Positions 15,901-28,072 of a stretch of 64,000 nt of DNA are shown in pieces. Location: the NCBI GenBank assembly GCA_964016885.1, contig OZ024743.1, positions 56,234,001 through 56,298,000 on the forward strand. The letters run 5' to 3'. This DNA comes from Eledone cirrhosa. Taxonomy: Eukaryota. Each line of letters begins with the position of its first letter. The first letter of the stretch is position 1. Position numbers and translations under genes: made by a program. The notes under the pieces were generated by a model. That model did not search any database and had not been told where the DNA came from. It saw only the letters and a list, made by a program, of their open reading frames with translations.

Positions 15901-18775
15901 ATTTGTGATCCGTATAGCCAACCGTGAGCATTTCTGGACAGCTTAATATGTCCCTATCCTTACTTCTAACTAAGAATCTATCTAAGTACGATCTAGATTG
16001 ACCACTGTGGTTCGTCCAAGTCCAGGTAGGCACAGTTGGAAAATCTATTCGATATCTATCGACCAAGTTAAAACGGTCGAGTAACCCGTTGAGGCTGTTA
16101 CACTCCCCTCTATTAGGACATGCTCCTGCATAGTCCCAACGTGCATCTAGGATGTCATTCCAATCCCCCGCTAGAAGCAGGGAACGCGACGTTCCCAGAA
16201 AAGTCTCCAAACGCTGGAAGAAGTCGGGCCGTTCAGCTCCGAAAGGGGAGTAGACGGCGACCAGTCTCAAGGCTGCACCTTCACTACTGCCAACGTCTAG
16301 CACCAACAAACGACCCTCCGGGTCCGAGTGAACAACCTGTACGGCAAGACCCAGGTGTTTTTGCAGCAGTACGACAACCCCACCCCCACCTCCAGGTTGA
16401 CAGAGAGATGCATGCACCTCAAAGTCATCGAAGGTAGGGGCCAGCTGCCGCACGACGCTGATCCGAGTCTCACAGATAACCATTACATTTATACCACATG
16501 ACCTGAGGTCATTTAGAAGCTTTGCTTGCTTCCAAGTTGAGCCCAGGCCACGTGCATTCAAACATCCTACTCTTAACACATCCATGTGGGCGGCAGAGCC
16601 AAAGGAGAGTGTAGAGACCTACCTTTCTGCTTCCCGGGGTTCGGGTCGCACGACTTCCATGGGGTCGGGGGTGTTGGGTGAAGGGTGTCTTGTGGTGGTG
16701 TGGGGTCGTCAGTGTGTGGTGGGGTTGGGGTGTATGGAGTTGTGTTGGGGAGGGGAAGGGTAGGGGGAAAGCTTTTTAGTAGGACGCGGTTTATGGGTTT
16801 GACAGAGGGTGGTCCTACGTCCTCCTTAAAATCTTAAAATCCTTTTTTAGTTTTTGGTAGAGGTTCATTGGGATCTTTATTAGTTTTAAATGTGGGTAGT
16901 TTTCTGAAGAAACAAAGTTTACACCTTCGGTTTGTACCGAAGGATTATTGTTTATGAGTTCATTTAATTTATTATTGTTTCTGTTGATGTAAGTATAGTG
17001 TAATGTCTTTTTTTCGGATGGTGTGAGTATTTCGAAGAGGGGAGGGGCAGGTTTGGTTTTGTTTGTTGCTGGAGGGGTGTTTTGTGTTTTGTTGGATTGT
17101 GTTGACATTTGGGTGGGGGTTGTTTGGCCTTGTGTGTTTTGCACATGTTTTCTTTTTTTCCTTTTAATCTGTCTGAAGGACTCCGTTTCTTCCTCCGAAT
17201 TCGTTGGGTTATCTTCAGTGTTGGAGGGAAGAGGTATGTTTGCTGGTAATGTTTCCGTGTTGGTTTTCTTTGTGGGGGAGATGGATGTCACTATGTTAGA
17301 CTGTGTTGTGTGTTGTGGCTGCGGTGGTTGTGTTGTTTTATTGAGTGAGGGGTTGGGTGGGCCTGTATTTTGTTTTGGGGTAATGTGTTGTGACTGTTTG
17401 TGTTGTGGTGGTGGTGTAGTTTTACTGAGGGACGGGTTGGGTGGGACTGAGTTTTGTTGTTTGTTTATCTGTTGTGGTGGTGGTGGTGGTGGAGCTGGTG
17501 TTGGTAGCAGGGTTTTCTTTTTGTTGATTTGGGGACAAGCGGCCTTCAGGTGCCCTCTGCCTGCACAGATATGACAGGACGGCCTTCTCCCCTCCACGCT
17601 AATGTTTATATACCCGTGGCCCTCTAATAGGATTCTGTCGGGTATTTGGGCGATGCGTTCAGGCTTCATTTGCACTACAAGCTCTATACCTGTTCCACTG
17701 AACGCATTGCCTGTGGTTTTCCCAATGGAAATCATGTTGTCATTCACTGGATCGATGAAGCCAGCTATGAGCTAGCAGTAGTCCACATCTGGCATCATTG
17801 CATCCAGCCATATGTGTTGAGTTCTTTTACCCATATAAGATGGATAAAAGGTAAAATTTTTCGAACGAATCGGTGACAAAGCACATTTTTTTGCCGCCGA
17901 TTCGTTCTTCATAATAATCGCTAGGCTTCCATACAGTCTGTCTTTTCTTATGAAAGTGGTTTCATTAAGTTCTTCTGTGAGTACTGTTTTGATTTCTGCT
18001 TGAGTTGGCTGTTCAGGTTTTTTAGAAGTGTTGTTGATGGTGCGGAAAACGACCGTTCGACTTTCAATGTCTTTGGTGAGTTCTTGAGGCATTTTTACCG
18101 ATAAAATACCATTCTCTCCTTCAGTTATATATTGTTTGGCGTCTGCAATTCTTTGTGCCACATCTGAAATATTTTCAGGTATATATGTCAAAGATTTCTT
18201 TGTTGTTTGTGCAAATGAAATCTTGTTGGTGTTGACTTTGTCGTCTGCTTTGCTTTCTGTTATGATGTTGTTTTCAAATGTTATTTTTGTGTTTGTTGTG
18301 TTTTTGTTTGTGGTATTAATATTGTCATGCAATTTTTCAAATTTTTTTTTTCGTTGTTGGAATCCATGTCCAGATTTGTGTTTTCGTCATTTTTCTCCGC
18401 AGATTCGTCTGTTTTTATTTTATTTTTTCCTTCCTTCTCTATGACGTTAGTTGGGAAGGAAGGGGGGACTAAAGCGTGCGAGCTTACAACTCTTACCGCT
18501 GTCCCCCCACCACTATTTTCGTTAGCTTCGTTTAACATTTCTGTCAGACGATTTAAATTTTTTTTATGCCACAAAATTTTTAAAAACAGGTTTTCACCCC
18601 TAGGAGGGGTAAAGATGAGCTGACCCACCGCCTGACAGTTCAGACGGGAGGTCAAGCTACACAATAGTATCAAAATTAAAATTGAACTTACAAAATTTCC
18701 GCAATAAATTTGAACAAAACTTCTGCGCGAAGTGAATTACATCTACGCTGTAGAACAGACGACAGCTAGATTCCT
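12955..18775 (-). mobile_element. Tx1-clade LINE copy C: full length, several frameshifts, (GATA)n-flanked
   Basis: ORF2 pieces 16585-14900, 14915-14634, 14667-14044, 14125-13172. ORF1 pieces 18332-17772 and 17747-16815 with CHICAGRGHLKAAC. Confidence 0.95.

Positions 18776-18870
<95 letters not shown>
18776..18870. repeat. Pure (GATA)n spacer between copies C and D
   Basis: Directly visible. Confidence 0.97.
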
Positions 18871-19378
18871 TGTTTCTTTATTAGCCACAGGGGCACAAAA
18901 GAAGGGGACAAATACAAAGGGGGAAGTTTACATACAATAAAAACGTGTAAAATGTTATCACAAATGCAATTTAAAAAATTAGTCGATTTTGCCCGATAGG
19001 GGGAGACAGTTCATATGGGTAACACATACCCCCGAAAAAATGTTCAACCCTCATCTCCAGGAGTACGAAGAGTTTGTACTCCTTTCCTCTCCTCCTCCTT
19101 TTCCTCAACCTACAGGCTGATATAGAGAGAAGGCCCATTCACTCGGGCCATTCTCGCCACTTTCACCCACCTTTCATAAAACTTGCTGGGGTACAGCACC
19201 TCTCTCTCCATCCTGATTCTTCTTCCAAAGTGGTATTTGAAAAAAAGAATCAGTTGTTGGCCGGAGAGAAAGGCGTCTGACCTCAGCCCTTTAAAACCTT
19301 GTCCACCATACAACCTCTTTCGCCATAGCTATCACACAAAGGAAAACCGCCTCTCCTTCGTTTTTGAAGGAGGGTGGT
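18871..19378 (-). mobile_element. Tx1-clade LINE copy D: short 5'-truncated 3' end
   Basis: ORF2 C-terminus FFKYHFGRRIRMERE...ARVNGPSLYISL plus 3'UTR; (GATA)n on both sides. Confidence 0.9.
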
Positions 19379-19448
19379 AGATAGATAGATAGATAGATAG
19401 ATAGATGTGGATAAAGTATTGGAAGCTGAAAGAAAAACGTCTAAATGC

Positions 19449-19479
<31 letters not shown>

Positions 19480-22400
19480 TGATTTCTTTATTAACCACAA
19501 AGGTTTACATAAAGTAGACATTAAGGACAGTGCAGGCCAATACAGGACGGTACAAATGGGCATTGCTGCGTGTAAAAAACAAAAACAGAGGATGTAACAA
19601 AAAAATAACAATGAAAGATTCCCCAATAGGGGGGGGGAGACTTCGTAGGGACATTTGTGGAGAAAGCCCAGTAAAAGGCCACAGTGACCCTGACCACCAA
19701 GGCAATACGTACAAAAGGGACGAGAGGGGACATCCTTGGTGGACCGAGCGCATGATGTTGAACGGTTCCGAAAAGTGACCGTTCACTCTCACCACAGAGC
19801 AGATGTCGCTGTGCATGGCAGCGATCCAGCCTCTGAAGACGGGCCCAAAGCCAGCCGCCCTCAGGACTGCCGCTAGGTAACGATGGTCGACCCTATCGAA
19901 AGCTTTCGACTGATCTAAACTCATCAAGTACTCACCCGTGCCAGGTTCCCTAGCTACCCTCTCTACGATGTATCGCATGAGGTGGAGGTTGTCGTGGATG
20001 GATCTGTCAGGAATGGCGCATGTCTGCGCCTCTCCCACCAGACCACCAACGACAAGCGCCAACCTCTTTGCTAGCACCTTGGCCAAAATCTTGAACTCTG
20101 TGTTTAGCAGAGTTATGGGCCTGAAATTATCTATGTTATCCTCCTTGTTCGGATCCTTTCTCAGCAGCGCCACCGCTCCTCGGCTCACAGACCTGGGAAT
20201 TCTCCCGTTCTGTTGCCAGTTGCAGTAGACGTCCGCCAAGAAGCCTCCGAACAAGTCTGGCATTTGTACGTAAAGTTCATAGGGCAGACCATCCAAACCA
20301 GGCGATTTACCCCTTGTACAGCTAGTCATTTCCTCCCGTACTTCAGCGGCTGTTATCGGCTTTTCGCAACACTCCGCCTCAGTAGCCGAGAGCCGCGGCA
20401 GTCCGTCGAGGTAGACACTAAAGTCCATCCCTCGATTCGGCCCGCCGCTTCCCCCGAACAGCTGGGCGAAGTGTCGCTGGAAAGCTTCACACATTTGCCC
20501 GGGATCGAGTAGCAAGCGCCCGTCGTGGTCCACCAAAGACCGGATCGTGGCTTTGTTGCCACGACGCGCCTCCGCCACTCGGGCCCATTGAACGGCTTTC
20601 GTCCCCTCGTGTCTGAGAGCATGCACCCTAGCTCTGACAACGCAGCCTTCGTGCTTTGCATTGAAGAATTGGACAAGAGCCAATTTCGCCGCAAGTACGT
20701 CGGTCGCGATGCCTTTGCTAAGCGCCTCGTCTAATTTTCTAACTAATTCCCCCACTGCTCTATTTTTCTCTATTGCTAAAGCCTTACTAAACCTAATGGT
20801 CTCTATTCTAATTGCTCTTTTCAGAGCAAACCACCACTTGTTGTTGACGATGGCCCCCGTCAACGCCCGCTTAACTAGTTCGCTAATCCGGTCTCTGTAG
20901 ACCTTGCGCGCTGGTAAGGACGCGTTTAGCTTCCAGTAGCCGGGTCCTCATCTATGAAGCCTATCTATGTCAAGCAAACAGATCACGAATTTGTGGTCCG
21001 TGTAGCTGACTATCTTGAATTGTGGACAGCCTATGCTAGACCTATCTATTTCCCTACAAAATACTCTATCTAGATATGATCTGGATGACCCTATGCGATT
21101 TGTCCAAGTCCACATTGGCACATTCGGGAAATCCAATCGGTACCTGTCAGACAGTTCAAAACGCCTGAGCAGGTTGGTGAGGCTCTTGCACCCTCCTCCC
21201 CTATCCGCTAATCCCACACAGTCCCAGCGTGCATCTAAGATCCCGTTCCAGTCGCCCACTGACACTAAAGAGCGGGACGTTCCAAGAAAGGTCTCCAGAC
21301 GCCGGAAGAAATCAGGCCGCCCTGCTCCTGTCGGGGCATAGACGGCCACTAGCCTGAAAGCTTGCCCGTCTCCGCTGGTCACGTCCAGCACCACCAACTT
21401 ACCTTCTGGGTCCAGGAAGATGGCCCGTATGGTGAGATCCAAACCTCACCGAAAAAGCACAGCAACTCCACCCCACCCCCACCCCCGATCCAGGACGGCT
21501 GGGAGATGCGTACACATCGTAGCCGCCGAAGATCGGTGTGAAGGCCCGTGCTTCGGAGATTCTGGTCTCGCTGATGGCCACTACATCTATGTTTAGTGAC
21601 CTGAGGTCGTTGAGCAGGTGGCCCTGCTTCCATGACGACCCCACTCCACGCGCATTTATGCTGCCTACTATTCTGAGTGAGGTCATGTTGAAATGGAGTG
21701 GAAAAGATGGGAAAGACCACTTACCTTACTTCTCGTAGAGGAAGGATGGTTTCTCCATCCTTTTCACTGCTTGTGGCCTCCTCCGGAAGGATATCCTTAT
21801 AAATCCTCCTCGGGAGTGCTTGTCGGAAGTCTCCGATGTCTTTGGGGAATTTTGTTTTAGTGTCGTGTACGTTTTCTGTGTGATGCGAGTGATTTGTATG
21901 TGTGGAGGCGGTGTGACTTTTGGGTTGTTGTGTAGTCTTTTTCTGTGATGCTGGTGTTGTGTTGGATGTAGTGTAATAATTGGTTGTTGTTCAAATTTAA
22001 TGCTGTGTAGTGTGTATCGTTTTGCTTGTTTTTTTTTTGTTTGCGTTTGTTGTGGGTTTGTTTCTGTTTCGCTTTTTGGTGACTTTTGTGGTGTTGGTGA
22101 TGGTGTTGGTGTTTGTGGTGATGGGGTTGGTGATAGTTTATTTGTTTCCCTCTGTATTTTGTTTTTGGAGGGGGAAGGAAGATGATTTTTTTCTTTTTTG
22201 GTTTCTTTTTGTTTTTTTTTCTTTTTTCCTGATACCGTTTCCCACTCCTCGTCGTCACAATCTGTCTCCAGTTGCGATAGGTTGGGGAGTGGAAAATTCT
22301 CCACAGGCGTTGGTTTTGGTTGTGGCGTGGTGGATGGTGTAGGCGCTGGTGCTAGTTCTGGCGCGTTGGGTGGTGGTGGTGTTGGTTTTGCTACTGTTGC

Positions 22401-23803
22401 TGGGGTTGTTGCTGTTACAGTTGCTTCTGTTGTTGCTGCTACAGTTGTTGCCGCTACAGTTTTTGCTGCCATTTCTGCTGCTGGTGGTGTTGATGGTTGA
22501 GTCACTGGGGTGGTTAAGAGAGGTGGCCTCAACCTTTTAGCCTGAGGGCAGAAAGCCCTTAGGTGGGTTCCTTCACCGCAAACGACACACTAGGCCTTCT
22601 ACCCTCGACGATTACGGTGAGGTGACTGTCGTCAGTGAGGTCTATTACCTCTGGGATCTCCTCAATGTTTTTTTGGTCCGCTTGGATCAGGAGCTCCATC
22701 CCAGATCCGGACCAGTTCTCCTGTTTTCTTTCGCTATTTCGATTATCTTGGTTTTGGCCTCGATGCCGACGAGGACGGCAGCCATTAGCCATGGAATTTC
22801 GATGGCCGGTGGAACGTGGGTTACCCTGATCTTCACGAGTCTCTGGCCACAATAGCTTGGGACGAGTGTGAAGTCACTTCTTACTGGGGCCATGGAGTGT
22901 TCTCTGGCCTCCTGTGGTGTTTCAAAGAACACGTCCACGGTTCCATATTTCTGTCCACGTCTGATGTGGGTTTCTTTTGCCCACACATGTCCCAAAGCTT
23001 TTTGGATTTGGGACTCGGATGCCCGTTCCACTCGACGCGATTTTATGTTAATCGTCCGATAAGACACGGTGCATAGGCGCCGATGCCCCATTTTATTAGG
23101 TGGGGGAGCTGACCCTGTACACATCTTTCTTTACCATTCTTTTGGCTTCTTCTCATTCCTCCTGAGTTACCTGGAATGCTTCGTACTTTTTGGCTACTCT
23201 GGCAAAAGACAGGGTGGTTTTCTTAATTTCATTGTTGCTGTTGTTGTTATCGTTATTTTTGTTATTGTTAATTTTAGTTTCAGTTGTGGTGGTGGTGGCG
23301 TCAGTGGTGTTCGGTGTGGAAGAGTTCATTTTGGGTGGATTCATTTCGATATCACGAGATAATTTATTTTTTTCTTTTGTTTCTGTTGTCGCTGTGGTGG
23401 TGGTGGGGTGGCGGCTTCAACACCTTCAGTCATTGGTAATGGCGGGAAATGAATGTCTGCCTGAGACAAATTTAAAATATTGCTACTGCTTATATTTTTA
23501 GTGTTGGCAAACGTAGTAATATTTACAATGGTGGTGTCGGTGAGAGGTGTTAGTTTGTGAGGAAGGTGTGACTCTGAGTCGTCCATGATTTTTTCAAAGA
23601 AAAATTTTTTTTTTGTTTGATAATTATAAAAGTTTAAATTTGGGGCTCAAGGCCCCAATCTTTTTGAGTGTCCTTTTCAGATAACAATGTATGTTCACTT
23701 ATATACAGTTAATAAAAATTTTCCATAAATGGCAATTTTGAACAACTGAAAATAACAAATCTTTGCGGAGCTCACGATAATACGATTTGCTACGTAGGTC
23801 GCC
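19480..23803 (-). mobile_element. Tx1-clade LINE copy E: both ends present, ORF2 C-terminal third deleted, (TAA)n-flanked
   Basis: ORF1 pieces 23586-21726. ORF2 runs from 21686 (MTSLRIVGSINARG) to QGCPLSSLLYVL, then jumps into the 3'UTR near 19703. Confidence 0.92.
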
Positions 23804-23859
<56 letters not shown>

Positions 23860-23866
23860 TAATAAT

Positions 23867-24558
23867 GCTTTCTTTATTAACCACAAGAGTTTACACAAAG
23901 TAGACATTAAGGATAGTACAGGACAATACAGGACGGTACAAAAGGGCATTTCTGCGTGTAAAAAAAAAAAAAACAGAGGATGTAATAATAGAACAATGAA
24001 AAAATTCCCCAATAGGAGGGAGACTTCCGAGGGACATTTGTGGAGAAAGCCCATTAAAAAGCCACAGTGACCCTGACCACCAGGGTAAGTGCCCCCTCCC
24101 AGTTTTCCACCTTTAATTTACAGACACATACTCGGCCCATTCACTCGAACCATTCTTGCCTCTCTCGCCCATCTTTCAACAAAATGCTGGGAAGAGAGCA
24201 CTACACTCTCTACCCTGATTTTCCTTTTCAAATGAAATTAGAAAAAGTTAATCAGGGCATCACCGAACAGGTAAGTGCTCGTCTTCAGCCCTTTCAAACG
24301 TGTCCACCATACTATCTCTTTCGCCATGGCCACCAGACAGATAAAAACTGCCTGCCCTTCCCGGCTAAAGAAAGAGGTCGGGGCAATCCTCACGATGGAC
24401 TCAGCTGATAGCTGGATCCGTCCTACACGCGACAGCAGGTGTTCGACATAAACCCATAAGTCAGCAATGCTCGGACATTGGACGAGTGCGTGCAGGACGG
24501 TTTCGTCGTCTTGCGCGCATCTCGGACATGCCCGGCTAACGGCACCTCCATGCCTGTA

Positions 24559-24563
<5 letters not shown>
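23867..24563 (-). mobile_element. Tx1-clade LINE copy F: 5'-truncated 3' fragment, (TAA)n-flanked
   Basis: ORF2 C-terminus and 3'UTR closely match the 3' ends of E and H. Confidence 0.9.
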
Positions 24564-24610
<47 letters not shown>

Positions 24611-24613
<3 letters not shown>

Positions 24614-26233
24614 AAGACCGAATCAAGGGTAATGATGTTACCAACTATAGACCTATCACATGTCTGTCCGTAATGTGGAAACTGTTGACGAGCATTGTGT
24701 CTGAGGAAATCTACCATCACCTCCACACAAACAACTTGTTACCGGACGAACAGAAAGGATGCCGAAAGAAGTCACGTGGTACAAAGGACCAGTTACTTAT
24801 TGATAAGATGGTAATGGGGAATTGCAGGAGGAGACACACTGATCTTGCCATGGGATGGATAGACTACAGAAAGGCATTTGACATGGTGCCTCATTCTTGG
24901 ATCACCAAAAGCCTGGAGATCTTCAAAGTGGCAGATAACATCAGACAGTTTCTGGGCAGGAGTATGGGGTCCTGGGAGACAGAGTTGACATCAACTGGAG
25001 AATCCTTGGGAAGCGTGAAGATCAAGAGAGGTATCTTCCAGGGAGATAGCCTGTCCCCTCTGTTGTTTGTCCTTGCCCTGATGCCCTTGACCATTATGCT
25101 GCGAAAAGTGAGAGCTGGAATGTTGCTGAACAAAAAGAAATGGATAAGAAGACTAGGAAGCTATTGACTATCTACAACATGTTCCACAAGAGGAGTGATG
25201 TCGATAGACTCTACCTAAGGAGATCTGAGGGTGGAAGAGGTCTTATCAGCATAGAGGACTGTGTTCAGGTGGAGAAAAACAACCTATACAAATACGTGAC
25301 TGATAGTAAGGAGCCAATGCTCAGAACTGTACTGAAGGAGGGGACAATAGGCCAGGGCATGTCCAAGGAGGAAATAACATCAAGGAGAAAGAGCAGCCTT
25401 CAGGGAAAATCCCTTCATAGTACCTTCTTTGAGAAAACTGAATTTAGAGATCCACAGACATGGCACTGGTTGAGAAGAGGAGACCTCAAAAAGGCTACAG
25501 AAGGAATGTTAATGGCTGCGCAGGAGCAGGCCCTCAAAACGAAGTGGTTGAAACACCATATTTACAAGGAGGAGGCTAGCCCACTGTGCAGGATCTGTGG
25601 AGAGAGAGAGAGGAGACTGTGGCTCACATTGTATCCGAGTGTAAACACCTAGCCCAGACCCACTATAAGGGCTGGAGACATGATGTGATGGGCAGGGTGA
25701 TCCACTGGCACCTGTGCAAAGTAAGCAATTTGCCACATTCTGAGAAATGGTATGAGCATAGGCCAGAGGCCGTGATGGAGAACGATCAGGTGAAGGTGCT
25801 GTGGGATTTTAGGATACAGACGGACAAGAAACTGGAACACAATAGACCTGACCTGGTGGTTGTGGACAAAGAAAAAAGATCGTGTCTGATTGTGGATGTG
25901 GCCTGCCCATTCGACACGAGAGTGCAAGAGAAGGAGAGGGAGAAAATTAACCGATACCAGGACTTAAAGTGGGAGGTAAAAAGGATTTGGAAATGCCATG
26001 AAGTCAAAGTGATCCCGATTGTCATAGGCGCACTTGGGACTATCTCCAAAAGTTTCCAGGGATGGTTAAAGAAAATCGGCCCCTTCACGCTTTTTGGAAC
26101 GCTTCAAAAGCATGCTTGCTGGGAACAGCAAGAACCCTCCGATACGTCCTGAATATCTGAGGCTGCAGGTAGTGGCTTGATATTCATTCCAACTGACTTT
26201 CCAGTTAACCAACATCAATGACTGAGATTCAAA

Positions 26234-26234
<1 letters not shown>
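24611..26234 (+). mobile_element. R4/Dong-clade non-LTR element: 5'-truncated, internally deleted
   Basis: RT motifs [32 protein letters not shown]; CCHC CRICG..ETVAHIVSEC; RHD; restriction-like endonuclease RPDLVVVDK...DVACP...K..RY; VIPIVIGALG. (TAA)n on both sides. Confidence 0.92.
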
Positions 26235-26298
<64 letters not shown>

Positions 26299-26300
<2 letters not shown>

Positions 26301-26566
26301 GTGGGAGGTGAAAAGGATTTGGACTGCCATGAAGTCAAAGTGATCCCGATTGTCATAGGCGCACTGGGGACTATCTCCAAAAGTTTCCAGGGATGGTTAA
26401 AGAAAATCGGCCCCTTCACGCTTTTTGGAACGCTTCAAAAGGCATGCTTGTTTGGAACAGCAAGAACCCTCCGATACGTCCTGAATATCTGAGGCTGCAG
26501 GTAGTGGCTTGATATTCATTCCAACGGACTTTCCAGTTAACCAACATCAATGACTGAGATTCAAGG
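26299..26566 (+). mobile_element. R4/Dong 3'-end fragment (~270 bp) in the (TAA)n tail of the previous copy
   Basis: Near-identical to about 25967-26234 with several differences; followed by (TAA)n. Confidence 0.88.
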
Positions 26567-27489
26567 AATAACAACAATAATAATAATAATAATAATAATA
26601 CGTAGGGAAGAAGACGCACGTGGTGGATAGAAGGTCATGAAATAGCTCCCGTAAGTTTTTGATTTTTAACATATTTAAATCAATTGTGAAATAACAATTC
26701 TTAGTACAAATGATACATAAAGCACCAGACTCAAGTCTCAGAAAATGCGGATCCATAATATCCTGTTATATCGCTCAAATATTTAATTTTTTATTATACA
26801 TTTTATATTCAAAAAAGAAAATGGTTATAAATGGAAGAAAACCCCCTCTGTCTACACTATATAGAACAGCCAAATAACAGCAATTTCACCACCACCACCA
26901 CCAATCCCAGCATAATAATAATAATTACTATTATTATTGTCTCAAGTTTTCACAAAATGTTTAATTCCAATATTAAGGTAATATGTCAACACATATATTA
27001 AACATACGCGACAAACGCATAGATACACAGATCAAACAAACTAGTCTATTTAACAAAACTCAGTAACGACAACGCCATCACTATAGTCACCGCCGCCACC
27101 ACTCCATCCATCATTGCTACCACTATCCACTCACCGCCGTCGCCACCCCTTCATTGCTACCACCACTATTCCCCCATTACCTTCTGTTAACTTAAGAAAG
27201 GGGAAGGTGGCGGTATCACTAGACAAGGGAGGGGCTAGCAAAAGATATAAATAGATTGACTTAGTGACCCGGCCATCGACCAAACGTCAACGACTATGGC
27301 ACTGCTGGCTCCCCCCTTCCCCACCAACAATAGAAAAAGCCCCAGCACCACCACCGACATAGCCAACAACAATAACAGGCAACTTCAGCAAAAAGTATAT
27401 TATATTATTCATAATTTCATTCTTAAGCCACGCAATGCTCACATTAAGGAACCACTCATGATAATAACAATTTAAAAAAACAACAAAAA

Positions 27490-28072
27490 AGAAAACCCCG
27501 TGACCAAGAAATACCGGGATGGCGGCCGGCGGGGAATAGCCGTGTCTCTAGGGGAAGACGACCCCTCTAGTCTTGGTTGACACTCGTCCTAGAAGTGGTA
27601 ACACGAACTGATTACCCCTTGGCGGATAAGGATAAAACACGACAAAATAAAGTAAATGTCTAATGATAAAATCTCATACCGGATCGGCCGTCACCTGGGT
27701 CAAAAAGGGCCGCGTCCCTCAGAGAGGAACCAGACTGGGGTCGAAAAATCAGCTAATGGTTCAAACCTTCCCATCACTTCGGAGCTGGAGACCTCCCATA
27801 ACCGGAATACTCCTACTGTTGGCCCTCTATGCTCACCACCAAGAAATCCAAAGAAAAAGAGAGAAAAATGGTCAAGGGAAGATAATAAAGAAGTCCTTGA
27901 GGCTTTCTACACTGCCATGTACTACCCATCAAATACATCGAATACAGAACAAACATATATCAACTGGAAAAAGAAACATCCCGAAAACAGAGGCTATATT
28001 GACAGTAACAAACTAGCCAATATACGAAGAAATATTGTAAAAAAAAAGTTACTAACTGATATAGAAATTGAT
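27490..28072 (+). mobile_element. 5'UTR and N-terminus of an R4/Dong-type element, 3'-truncated
   Basis: ORF from 27656 contains KWSREDNKEVLEAFY...W....P...KLANIRRNIVKKKLL..E, the pattern of R4/Dong N-termini. A GC-rich leader precedes it. Confidence 0.7.

Noticed and set aside
19695-19712. Deletion in E as a splicing product
   Set aside because: The junction (gtattg/ccttgg) is not at GT-AG boundaries; it fits a short ttg microhomology deletion.
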